64,000 nucleotides of DNA from Paramecium tetraurelia. Lineage: Eukaryota. Position 1 is the first letter of the stretch. Each line of letters opens with the position of its first letter. The notes beneath the pieces were generated by a model. That model did not search any database. It was not told the DNA's origin and was given only the letters and a program-made list of their open reading frames with translations. A program made the translations under genes and the position numbers. Where the stretch lies: the NCBI GenBank assembly GCA_000165425.1, contig CT868296.1, positions 372,001 to 436,000 on the forward strand. Direction: 5' to 3'. This document shows, one piece after another, positions 14,690 through 28,202 of the stretch.

Positions 14690-14740
14690 AATCAACTAAA
14701 AAGAGAGGTCAAAAACTTAATCAACTGAAAAGAGAGGTCA
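14690..14740. repeat. Direct repeat, 2 x 22 nt with period 29
   Basis: AATCAACTAAAAAGAGAGGTCA (14690-14711) and AATCAACTGAAAAGAGAGGTCA (14719-14740), one mismatch. Confidence 0.9.
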
Positions 14741-14841
14741 GATAATAGCATTATCTAAAATGTTGAAGTCAATTAATTTAAATATATTATAAATCTTCTC
14801 TCTCTCTAAATTATATTGATTGTATTAACACAATTAAATAA

Positions 14842-16742
14842 TCAAACTATTGATAGGAAATGGTTCTCTATTTTTTAGATCCATTTCTATTACCCAAGAT
14901 ATAGATATGTTAACTAATTGATGTCTCTAATTTTAATTTGATTGAAAGTAGCTAATAAATTTATGTGAAATTTACTTGTTCCATCACAGAACGACCATCC
15001 CCATGACCTGGCTAGAGTAAATGCACAGATAATGGCCTCGAAAATGGAGACCTCCTTATACATCGCCAAACCGCCAAGACGTACAACTCGATGGAGGGTG
15101 GTAAAAATACTATCTGTATATCTCATAACCTTAGTTGGGAGATTAGCTATAATTTTATTTTGTAAGAAGTCATCTTTGATATTATTAGAGTAGAAGGTTT
15201 CTTTCTTTGGTATTTGCAACCTATATATATATTTAAATGATATTACTCCTATTATTATAACTTAAAATCATTATTCTATAGAGTAAACATGCTCAGGTTG
15301 TATCCAGTTCCAAATACAAGTTGAGTAGTTTAACCATATACACAATAACCCATACATGCTATTTATTCTGCTTATTATTTAAAATCACTCAAAGTTACTT
15401 ACTTAAAAACTGTAGTTTATTTCTTAAATATTATAAATGCTGAAGCTCTACATGAATCTGTGCCATCTACAGCTCGAAAGGCAACAATATATTTTGATTA
15501 TTGATTCTCTGCTTATAAAGTCTATTAATTATCTAGTATATATAGAATTTGACAATATTATGTTTTAAGGAATGACTCATTCAACTATTGAATGGCCTTC
15601 TTAAGACCTGTTAGTGAATATACGAATTTAGATATAATTCTCATTTATTCAACTAGGTATTTAACTAATTAAGTGAAATCCCCCGACGCTTCATTGTGTT
15701 TTAATTGTTCTGCTTCAATGAACTTATTAAATGATTATGTATTTTCTGGTATATTCGAATAAAAGTCGTCTGTAAATTTTTCTAATTTCAATCTAATTTA
15801 AGCCTAATGATCATAACGACCACAATCGTAGATTACAATATCAGTGTGTTATTCCTATTTCAAAACCTTTAATATTTATTTCATGCCTCTTATTATTTTG
15901 CCAAATGCCACTCTCTTATAATCAAAGAAGGGCATGGCCGCTAAAGTAATATAAAATTAAGAATGGTTTGTATGCTAAAATCCATCATTCGCAAATCCTA
16001 TGATACCTTCACAATCATGTTTCAAAGCATAAGATTCATCCTCAAAATATCCTCCATATATGGATACCTTTTTGTCAAACTAACCTCCTTGAAGAAACCC
16101 TATAATTTAAATTAAGTTACAACCATTAGGCTTGTATTTAGTGAATTTACTCTTTTTGTAAGAATAAAACTTTCCTTCAATATTAACACCTTCACAGAAT
16201 TTGGTGAAATTCTCACAAGCTTTGGGGGCAAACTCATTAAATAATTCAATTATAACTGGATAGAGTTAGTCATCAATTGACAACATCATTTATACATAAG
16301 CTAAAATTGATTAACATACTTTTACTATTCTTTTTAGAATTAAAAAATCTTAATTGGGATTCATAAGCTTAACTAATCATCGACTGAGTAAATTTAATTT
16401 TACGACTTGCATGCACAGTAGGCGTTCCATTCTAAATTAATAACAATGGCCTATTAATCTCTATTTTATAAACCTTTTAACTGTTTTAGACATGAATGAG
16501 TCATCCATAGTAAACGGTTCTTAGTTACAAAGTGGTTGTAATTTCTTAATTTAAATTCTCAATGAAGCATCCCTTTTTAGCAGTTTCACTTGATGATCAT
16601 ATTCAGACTGAATTCATTATAAATGAGTTACCTCATGCATTTCTTGGATCTCATAAGTCTTTTTTCGTTCAGTCAATTGCAAATTTTTGAAGTGTAATAA
16701 ATCTGGATTACCTGTTACGCTCATCACTTTAATTTTACTCAT
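14842..16742 (-). CDS. PPIL6/RSP12-like cyclophilin fused to a degenerate class I fructose-1,6-bisphosphatase domain
   Basis: Cyclophilin: IELFNEFAPKACENFTKFC, FLQGG, SIYGGYFEDESY, SQFYITLAAMPFFDYKRVAFGKIIRG. It continues without TGA into SGDFTQLVKYLVEQMRIISKFV, KYIVAFRAVDGT, MGYCVYGQTTQLV, MRYTDSIFTTLHRVVRLGGLAMY, IFEAIICAF, IRDINQLTYLYLG. Five tiny introns inferred. Confidence 0.88.
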
Positions 16743-17537
16743 TTTTAATTTTATGTAATAAATCAAGATGATTAAACTACTTCAGAAACCTCATGATAAA
16801 TTATACAATAGAAATTGGAGAAAAGTCATCATTCGAAAACCTTATAATACTTAATTCACATAACAATTCTCATAACTTAAACTTGATAAAAAATTTAAAA
16901 TAAGGAATTTTCCGTATATTAATCAATTTTTTATATATTATAAATACCTGACTTACCTTTATCGATAAAATAATTTATGGGTATTTAGGTAAATCATATT
17001 ATTGGATTACTATTTTTGTATTTCATTGAAATCAAAATCGAAATTAAGAGATTAGAAATTGAAAGATTTATCAATTTAAATGAAACTTAGTAAGTTTACT
17101 AAGTTTGATATTCAACTAATTGTACTTGAGAAATTATCAGAAATTTTGAATTAACAGTTTTTACACCACCTTTCAAAATTGAACTAAAAGCTTAATTACC
17201 CAAAAATGATAGAGTTGAATACAAGTTAGGTTGCAAATCTGGTTGCGTGTCAAAAAATTTAATATAGGATTAAATGATTGTAAATACAATGATTTAATCA
17301 ATAATTCCCTCTTAAGTTTTTTTTGGTAGAGCACTTTTATGCATATTTATATAGCATCAAAAGATCCTAAGATATTAGAGATATAATGGTATTTACTTTT
17401 TGAAATTTAGGTTACATCTCCACCAATACAGACGTGAAGAGAAAGTTGAAAAGTGAAGATTCTGATTTAATTAATTTATTCTTAATTATTGTAATAATTT
17501 AATATTTATTTATTTTTTGATATAAAACTAACGAAAT

Positions 17538-19127
17538 TCAATTTGTTTTCAGCATCCCATCTTCTAAGTATGTTTCCTTTATTGATTCATCTACGTCATC
17601 AATTAATCTTTTTTGAAAGGTTTCTTTGGTTAAAATAGCTCCAATTATTCCAGAAATTGAACAAATACCCAAAAAGGCTACTTGATTCATTTCGAAATAG
17701 CTTGCTAAAGCAATCATATATGAGGATGAAAATGAACCTAAGATTCCAAGAGTAAATAGAAATCCAGAGCCTGTGCCACGTATTGAAGTTGGATAAATTT
17801 CAAGAGTATGCTATCGTTAAAGACCAAATCCGAAACTGTTAAAGAATCGTATCAAACAACACTAAATAATAATATTACATTACTAGTAAAATAACAATTA
17901 TTTCTTCAATACAACCCTGGCATTCAAGTTTATATTAAGAAATTCCATAGGATAAAAATGCTAAGCATCCTAGAATTTAAATCGAAAAGAATAATATTTG
18001 ATTATATTTTCTTTATAATTTAGGTATCAAGTAAGTAATTAAAGAGTAACCAATTAATTCACTAATTCCAAGAAGAATTCCTATTTTGTATATCATATTT
18101 CCAATTGAAATATCTTGCAGCACAAACTATCCACCATAATAAATTAAGTGCAAAGCAAAAGAAATTAGGATAAATCCAACTGAAGAGGACGCAAACTGTC
18201 TAAGCTTAAATAAATCAAAAATTGAATAAGTAGTTCGAAGACTATTCATTTAAGAATGTTCTAATGCTTGTTCATCAAATTCCTTGCCGTTTACATTTGC
18301 TATGTAACGAAAAACATTAAGTGCCTGTTGATACTTTAAAATAAATTTACTTTATCATAATCTTTCATCTAATACAAATATCTTGGACTTTCTTGAACTG
18401 AAAAGCATGTTAAGATTAGAGAGATGAGGCCTGGAATAACTATAAAAAGTAATTGAATGGTTCTCCAATTTGTTATGGCGAAAAATGAAATAGCCATTAG
18501 AATCTCCCCTAAACACCAAAAGACTAAAGTTCCTGTTGAATATATTTGTTTGATTTCGTAGCCACTTATTTCATTAATCATGACTGGAATCATGATGTAG
18601 ACTCCAACCTAAAAGAACCCAAATATGAAAGTAAATATTATCAGTTGTAAAATGGTTGCACTAAAATAGATTCCAATGAATCCAATATTAGTAAAAACTA
18701 GAGAAAACAATAGTGTTTTATATCTTCCCCAATAGTCCTAATAGATTACACATCATTATATTACAGAAATCTGGCTGAGGATTGCGCCTCCAATCACTGA
18801 TCCTAAAAAGTTGATTGTACTTGTAATCATGATGTATTTTTTATTGTCACAAAATAAATTGAACTCGGTTACTATATTCTTATACTTAAAATCAGGATCA
18901 ATTTAATAGTTTTTGTCTGAGCAAGTTTTTTAATCCTCAACACAAACCTTGAGAATAAGATTTAACATTACTTAACCATTACAATATAATTGTGGAACAA
19001 TATAATTATAGGTTGGACTCATAATTTAGGCAGATAAGATAAAAGTTAAAAGTGACGAAATTAAGAATAATCGGATTTAATACCAACCATTGTTTCCACA
19101 TTTTTCAAGTGCTTCCTCAAATTGCAT
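17538..19127 (-). CDS. MFS transporter, SLC22/organic-cation or sugar-porter-like
   Basis: MQFEEALEKCGNNGWYQ, EFNLFCD, DYWGR, NWRTIQLL...QESPRYL, LEIYPTSIRGTGSG, LTKET. TGA at 17538-17540. Confidence 0.9.
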
Positions 19128-19454
19128 TTTCAAGTATAAAATCAAAGTATGAAATGATAATTATTAATAATAAAACGATAAACTTAAGAAACTCAACTTC
19201 TTTAAGGGTTACGTAATCAACAGAAACTGTCTACACCTGTAAATCTTCTTAATTGTCCTTATTCTGTTTGAAAATGAAAAATTCTAATAAAATAAAAGAA
19301 ACTCAGAAGCTACGAATAAATGAGTAAGGGGTTCATGTTGGTTTCTACCCAATTCCTTAGTTTATGTATTAAATTCAAACACATAAATTTCTCCCTCTTT
19401 ATATTTATAGCGTAATTATATAAAATAAGTGAAAATACTCTAATATTTATATTA

Positions 19455-21076
19455 ATGAGCTCATAAAATCGAACAGTCAAATAGATCGGTCAATATCAAT
19501 ATAATGAAAGACATTGCTTGGGTGAAGGAGCTTACGGGAAAGTTTATTAGGGGATGGATATAAAGACTAATGAAATCGTTGGAATCAAGAAAATGGATTT
19601 GGTGTTATTTGAGAGGGATACATATTTGAGGAATTAGATTGTTAGTGAAATAGAGATTTTAAAAAAGTTTAATCATCCCAACATAGTCAGGTTTATAGAT
19701 CTGATTACTACTCAAAGATCTCTATATATAATTACTGAATTTTGCAAGGATGGGGATTTGAAGGAATTTCTTCAAAAAAGAAGGTTGACTGAAAAAGAAG
19801 TAAAATAACTCATCTATTTTAAATAGGCTCAAGGCATAATGTTATAAATAGTAAATGGATTTAAAGAGCTGGTTAAATAGGGAGTTATTCATAGAGATCT
19901 CAAACCAGCTAATATATTAAATCATGAAGGCATTGTTAAAATAGCAGGTAATTGAGTATTCAATAAAGTTAGACTTCGGATTTGCCAAGTACGTAGATAA
20001 TTATACATCATAATTGTTAAGATCGTGTGTTGGTTCACCTTTATATATGGCACCTTAAATTTTGCAAAGGAAGACTTATTCAACAAAGTGCGACATTTGG
20101 TCTATAGGTGTTATATTTTATGAGATGGTATTTCACGATGTTCCTTGGAAGGGGAGAGATGAGTAGGATTTACTTAAGAATATTCTGATTAAGCCTTTAG
20201 TTTTCAAAGGTAATCAAGCAATCACGGATTTCACTAGAGATTTTCTTACGAAGGCTTTGATTGTAGAGGAATCTGAAAGGATTTCGTGGGATCAAGTCTT
20301 TCAGATGTTTGAAAGTATGGAAAAGGGATTGGTTTCAAATAATCCCACTTTGTAAAAGTTGTACAATGATTAAAATCTAAGTTGGATGCAAAAACAGTAA
20401 TAAAAAATGACAGGAGATCAACTAGTTAAGTAATTGTTGTTTTTGTAGCAAATGAAATAGAACATAGCATTTAGACATTTTGTTAATTTAGAGTTTTATT
20501 AAAAATTGGATTAATTGAAGTTGCTATTTAGAAGAGATTCATCATTAGAAGAATGCATAGTCATTCTAGCAAGGCTCATTTTAGCATATAGCAATTTATT
20601 AATCTAATTGATCGAAGAAACCTGTGATTCTGGAGAAGATATTCTAATGAAGGGAACTAAGTGGAACATCTTGAACTTCATTAAAAATGAATAGGAATAT
20701 TATAAAATATTCTTTACAAATTGTAAGGAACAATTTTTTAAAGAAATCCAATATGAAGTGGAATTATCGGATTCTGATCGAAATAAATTAGAAGACAGCT
20801 TCACTACTAAAATCATTAAATTGATTGGGGATAATTTGGATGATCTCAAAAAGAAGGCATCTGATGGAATATAGTATTAAAAATTAATAAATCTCTAGTT
20901 AAGATAGTTTAGTTGCCATAGAACTATTGTTGGATTAATAAATTACTCATAAAAATATTGTTAAAACAACTGATCTCGATTTTCAAATGCTTTTGGTAGA
21001 AAAACAATCAAGAGAGGATTGGAGAAGAATATTAGATCGCATAACAAATAAATGGAGATAACTTTAAAAATTATGA
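19455..21076 (+). CDS. Ser/Thr protein kinase (ULK/Atg1-like) with helical C-terminal region
   Basis: LGEGAYGKVY, VGIKK, HRDLKPANIL, DFGFAK (split by an intron), GSPLYMAPQIL, DIWSIGV. Confidence 0.92.
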
Positions 21077-21234
21077 TAATCCAATTAAATTATGATATTT
21101 TATTGTCTAATTTCATTCATCTCATCTAGATCATATTGAAATTTACTCCGTTTTTCTTTCTAATTTATAATTCATCTAATTATAATATTATTATAATATT
21201 ATTAATTTTTTTATTTTTGTATTTATCATAATAT

Positions 21235-22539
21235 TCAAATAATTTGTGATATCAATAGAATACTGATGGCGTATAGATGGGAATAACTATTGGACTCAGC
21301 GTTTGAACATTTTTTATTGTTTGGCCATTCTACATTATCAACATAAAAATTATTCTCAGGATTCGGTTTAGAGTTTAGCCAATTATTTATCGCTACTTAT
21401 ATAGTGTTCCCTGATTCTCCAGGAACTTACCAATCTGAAGAATCATAATAATCTTTTAATAAAAAGCAATGTTCCAAACAACTTGGAGCAAACGCACCAG
21501 TTTCAGGATGATCCCTCTTTCTTTAACTCAATACCTCATAGTTTTGTTTGTATAAGTCTTATGCGAAATCCAATTCCTCTTGAGAACAATTACTTAATGA
21601 ATAGTTCTTTGCACAATTTATTTTAAATCTCGCAGTGAGACTGTAATAATCGTACATAGATTAGATAATGAATAAAGGGGTTTGAATAAACTCAAATATA
21701 TATTGAGCATAATAACATTTCCAAACTTCGTTCTTATACTTTTAAACACATTATTTATTAGGATGAGTAACCTCGATATTCACTAAATCTATTAATAAAT
21801 TAAGGGATTCTGTTGGATAATCTGTTCCATCTATAGCTGGCAAGTTTAAAGCCATTCCTGAATCTGGAACTCCATAGACATCAACATCTGATGGCAATAA
21901 TGCTCGGATATGTTCAACCCAAAAATAAGCGGCATTCCCACCAGCAGAACACCCAGCTACGATAACTGTTGCAGCCTTAGAAAGCTCTGGTAAGAGGTCA
22001 GATAAAAATGATTTGACTATTGCATCACCTCGGAAATACAATTTGGTTCCTAAAAATTCAACAGGCTCTGTTTTATATCCTTAATGTACTTAAAAATATT
22101 TAAAAAATTTACAAGATCCATCACAATAATTAAAGAAAATCAGGTTCCAATTGTAATAATATGGGTTCTATTTTTCAGTTCTAGCATACATTCCCTCAAA
22201 GACCGTGGTTTTGCTCAGATTTTTGGAGCTTCCCAACTTTGTTTTGGATCTTTAAATAATTTCAATATATAACCTCAAGTAGGCAGATTTAATCATGTCA
22301 TCATAAGTTGCTCCTTCTATCCTTCTAAAATGTTTATTAAAATATACATACGCTCCGCCTTAGAAATGTAGAATATAGCTCTTTACCCCTGTTCCATAAC
22401 CTTCTGCTTTATAAAAGGACTAATTGTATGAAAATAATACTGCTGGCGATCCATCTAGACAGAGAGCTTTTGGATCAGATGTATAGTGTAACTCGAAAGC
22501 ACAAATGCAAGCTATAATGTAAAAACAAAATAATTTCAT
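21235..22539 (-). CDS. Pectinacetylesterase/Notum-family hydrolase, secreted and possibly GPI-anchored
   Basis: Signal peptide MKLFCFYIIACICA, ALCLDGSP, YNWNL..YCDGS, YFRGDAIV, GCSAGG nucleophile elbow, DSG. Hydrophobic C-terminal tail HLYAISILLISQII. Confidence 0.92.
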
Positions 22540-22581
22540 TGTTGAATTTATGTATCACAAAAATTTCCATATTAATCCATC

Positions 22582-22669
22582 AAATTAACATATAGAATAA
22601 AATTCTATATTTTCTATTCAACTTCGTTAAATTAAAACATAGAATTCAATTCTATATATTTCTATTCGA
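22582..22669. repeat. Imperfect tandem duplication (period about 47) of a dyad-symmetric motif
   Basis: AAATTAACATATAGAATAAAATTCTATATTTTCTATTCAA and AAATTAAAACATAGAATTCAATTCTATATATTTCTATTCGA; each copy holds ATAGAAT-N3-ATTCTAT. Confidence 0.85.
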
Positions 22670-22705
22670 TATCACAGTTTTTTCATTGTTTCCAATCGAC
22701 ATTTA

Positions 22706-23284
22706 TCATTTTTTAAATTTCAACTTAAGTTAAGGTTAAGTTTTTATAAACCAATTTGTAATTCTGAATTGTCTTTATATCTCACTAAATTCTTTTATAG
22801 TTTTTTGCTTAGCCTTTTACATCTTTACTATAGTATGTCCTGATTCAGTTCTACAAACAAAAATAAATTATTTTCTCCCTTTATTGTATATATTTGATAA
22901 ATCTCTCTTAGAAAATCCTTCAATGGCTCTACACGGATTAAATTTTTCTTTTTACCATACACGTATAAATTTCTATTTTTCTTTGTGATAATTGTAATCC
23001 AATAGATTTTCAAAGTTTTCAAATGGATCCTTCAAATTAATATGATTCTATAAATGCAACTATTTAAAATCAATCCAAATATACTTATTTTCAGCTTGAT
23101 CTAATAATAGTATTAAGTTATCTTTTTAATAAATGTGTCCTATTATTTCGTGAGCGCTTATTATCAATTTTTTGCCTGCTTCTCAATGCTCTGTTTAAAT
23201 TCTATACAAATTTATATATATTAGTTTATTTTAAAACAATTTAATAAATTTTAAGTTAAAATTTATATTATGTAAGAGTATCAT
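22706..23284 (-). pseudogene. Probable gene with one in-frame TGA; weak chromo-shadow-like segments
   Basis: ATG 23284, in-frame TGA at 23183-23185, then about 159 open codons (ISAHEIIGHIYQKDNLILLLDQAENKYIWIDFKQL...) to TGA 22706. Confidence 0.4.
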
Positions 23285-23442
23285 TTATATAGGTGAAATG
23301 AATCTGTAACTTTTAAAAATTTAGTTATTTAGAAATTGTCCTTGATACATAATGCATATAAGAAATATACAATATAAAATTATTATTGAAGTAATTAAAT
23401 AGCAACATTGAAGTGGCTATGTTAGTCTATAAATAGAAATTT

Positions 23443-23900
23443 TCAATTTAATTTTTTGTGTTTAGATTGTTTCTTTCTTTGCTCTTAACCATTTTGATGG
23501 TCCTCCTTGATGTAGCGCAATCTTTTATAATATCTATTTTTTATCATATTCATCGTTTTTCCAGGAAAAGATTTTACTATTTTATTAAAGTTGGGTCCTA
23601 CTTGCTACACTAATTCTAAGATTCGTTTATCCTCTTGATATGTGAATCTAAATTGCATTAGTTTATTAGGGTCATTAAATACCTTTAATCATTAATCCTT
23701 TTTTAGGCAATTTATTATTTAAATTGAAAGTCCTCGCCAGATTATTAATTTTAGATTAATGAGTTGATTAAGTGTTCTAATGATTCATCATTTTATCCAA
23801 ATTAGGATTATCTAATAATATAAAATATTTTCTTATACTATTCTGATTGATCATTCCTCTCACCAATCGTTGGCTATTTGATGAATATTTCATCATCCAT
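23443..23900 (-). CDS. Single-repeat Myb/SANT domain protein
   Basis: RFTYQEDKRILELVQQVGPNFNKIVKSFPGKTMNMIKNRYYKRLR; requires a 35-nt intron at 23648-23682. Confidence 0.85.
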
Positions 23901-24095
23901 TATTTTTTATATTTTATTTTATAAGATTCTACAATAAATTGATCATTATATAATTCAAATAATTTCTCATTATAAATGTAGAAGAAAATCACAATCAAAT
24001 TATTAATATTTTTATTTATATAAAATTTAGAATTTAATATTAAATAATAAAGAGCAAACTTAGATGTCCATTCAAATTATTAATCTAAGTTCAAT

Positions 24096-24515
24096 TCAAT
24101 TCCAAATTTATAACTTTTACAGCTGAAACCTTTAAGCATATTTAGTAAACATTCCAATTTCTTGATTTTTCACCTCCTCAACCCTCTATCTTGAAGCTAA
24201 ATTGATTTTGTTATTATTCTTGTAGAAGGAATTTCGAAATCCAATATGCTTGTCGAATTAACCCACATGAACAGGTGATTTGTGAACAGTCTATTATCTC
24301 TGCCTTGTCTTTATTAATGGTTTCAATTAAGTTTTTTATAAAGTTGGCGAGATTTGCTTCGGTTAGTCAGGTATTTATTTATCTGAATCTAAATCTTCGT
24401 CAGTCTCATTAATTTGAAATGGATTAGTTCCTTCCATTTCTCCATAAAGTAATGGCACCCTTTTGAAATTACATCCATATATTTAATCAAGGGTTATTCT
24501 GTCTGAATCTATCAT
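24096..24515 (-). CDS. Hypothetical protein (139 aa)
   Basis: MIDSDRITLDQIYGCNFKRVPLLYGEME...RFQLQKLQIWN-TGA; intronless open frame. Confidence 0.65.
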
Positions 24516-24616
24516 GAGGAAATTTCTAATAAATCCAATATTAAATATATAAAATTAAAATAGTTAAAGTAAATAAAGTGAAAAACATATCAATTTTCAA
24601 AAAAATAATCTATAAA

Positions 24617-25929
<1,313 letters not shown>

Positions 25930-26134
25930 TTTAATAAATTTATTATATAATTAATTTAACACATTCCTTAATTTTGATGAGTCAGAAAATAAAGTTTATT
26001 ATTTAATTGATTTTTCATTATGAGTTGTATTAGAACAAATTAACAATTATTTGACCTAAAACTTGCAATTTATTAAGATTGATTATAAAAATTTAAAAAA
26101 TAGATTTACTTCTCTCAAAATAATAATATAAATA

Positions 26135-28202
26135 ATGGCTTAAATTTTAAATGATACCAAAAGCTTCACCCATTTTACAGAAATTAACAAAAATGAGTAC
26201 TCCTTTAAAATCCTTGAAAATAGTAAAATATATAACATATACCTAGATATGCTGTATCAAGGATAATTATCCGATAATACGCTGTAGAATGGATATGGAA
26301 AAGCAATTTTTCCTAATGGTATCGTTTCATCATTAATACAGGCGATATATATGAAGGAAATTGGAACAATAATTAGATAGATGGCTATGGAAAGTACACA
26401 ACTATTGATGACTAAATCTACGAAGGATTTTGGGAATAAAATTAGTTTAAGGTAACAGGGATGAAAATTACTCTTCCCACATTTGACTAATAAATGATGA
26501 CATCAAAGATTGAACAAGAAATATATATAAAATACAAAGAAACAGGTACAATCAATTTTGATGATGGTAAGATTTTAACTCTATTTAGGTTCCTCATATA
26601 GAGGTGAATTATTAGACAATGTGTAAGAGGGTTGGGGGGTTTGGGTTGATTAAAACGGTATGAATTTATAAATTATAACAAGGCCAAAAGTATGAAGGAC
26701 AATGGAAGAATGGGAAGTAAAATGGATATGGTATCAAGTATTTTTTTAATGGGGATGTCTATATTGGACATTGGAAGAACGATGAAGCAACTGGTTATGG
26801 AGAGTATTAATACTTTGACGGATCATTTTATAAGGGGTATTGGCTAAATAGTTTTAAACATTATTTTGGGATAGAGAAATGGAAAGAGGTAGCTGAATAC
26901 ATTGGAGAATATAAAAACGGATTAAAGGATGGGAAAGGAATGTTGAAATTTATTGATGGTTCATATTATGAAGGACAATTTGTTAACGATAAAATTCAAG
27001 GTTATGGAGAGTATCGATGGGCTGATGGTCGTACATATATTGGAGGATTGTAGAATAACAAATTGTAAGGAAATGGAAAAACTACTTGGTTTGATGGGAG
27101 AACTTATGAAGGGTCATATTAATAAGATTTGAAATAAGGGTTTGGGCTTTTTTGTTGGCAAGATGGTAGCAAATTTATCGGAAATTGGATGTTTGGAAAA
27201 TAACATGGTGTTGGAATTATGAGGGGGTAGAATGCAGAATATTAATTTGGAGAATGGTTTGAAGGAAAGAGGAGAAGATGGTTAAATTAAATATAGGATT
27301 CAGATTTAATAGAAGCATTTAAATTCAATCATTAACTGTATTAATTCTCTAACTAAATAGAATTTATAGTGAAAATGTTAAATAGATTTCGAAAGATATA
27401 ACAGAGGAATCCCCTTTGAAAGCATGTGATAGCGCATTTTCTTTACCATTAAATAGCGATAAATAGCTTGTTAGTAGATTTAATCTAACTTTAATTTAAA
27501 AGAATGGTTAAATTTATGTTGGAGAAACATAAAGAGAAGAAAGATCTGGAAAAGGTAAATTATTTGCTTCAGATGGATCTATTTATGATGGGTATTGGTA
27601 GAATGGCGAGAGACATGGATATGGTAAACAAGTCTATGTAAATGGGGACATTTATGAAGGACATTGGATTTGTGATAAACAAAATGGAATAGGGCGAATG
27701 ATTTATTCAGATGGAAGCATTCTAGAAGGGTTTTGGAGCGGTTTAAATTTGGATGGATATGGAAAATAAATACTGTCTAATGGAAGTTACTATGAAGGGT
27801 ATTTTTAAAATTGCTTAAGACATGGAAAAGGAAAATTACTATTTTAGGATGGCTCATATTATGAAGGTTAATTTGAATCAGATGAAATTATTGGTAAAGG
27901 GACATACACTTGGAATGATGGTACTTAGTATATAGGATATATGAGAAATGGATAGAAACATGGACAAGGCACATTTATTAATTGTGATGGAGATTGTCAT
28001 ATTGGAGAGTAAACAATTAATAATATAATCTCTTAGATTTTACAAAGACTATTGCCATGGACAAGGGACTTTCAAGTATAGTGATGGCAAAATCTATGTT
28101 GGATCTTGGTTTCATGGTATGAAACATGGATTTGGTCTGCTGAAATATCCAAATGGACAATCCTAGAAATTGTAGTATTTTTTGGGGGAATTAAAAAACT
28201 GA
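26135..28202 (+). CDS. Large MORN-repeat protein
   Basis: Several arrays of YxGxW/F...GxG repeats with tiny introns; TGA at 28200-28202. Confidence 0.9.

Noticed and set aside
16977..17457. + strand frame with two internal TGAs (possible pseudogene or selenoprotein)
   Set aside because: No recognisable family, no redox-motif context and no frame-preserving short intron; indistinguishable from chance.
20047..20062. Kinase APE motif reading APQ (TAA), hinting at TAA=Glu
   Set aside because: Other conserved sites show TAA/TAG at Gln positions; a lineage substitution is simpler.
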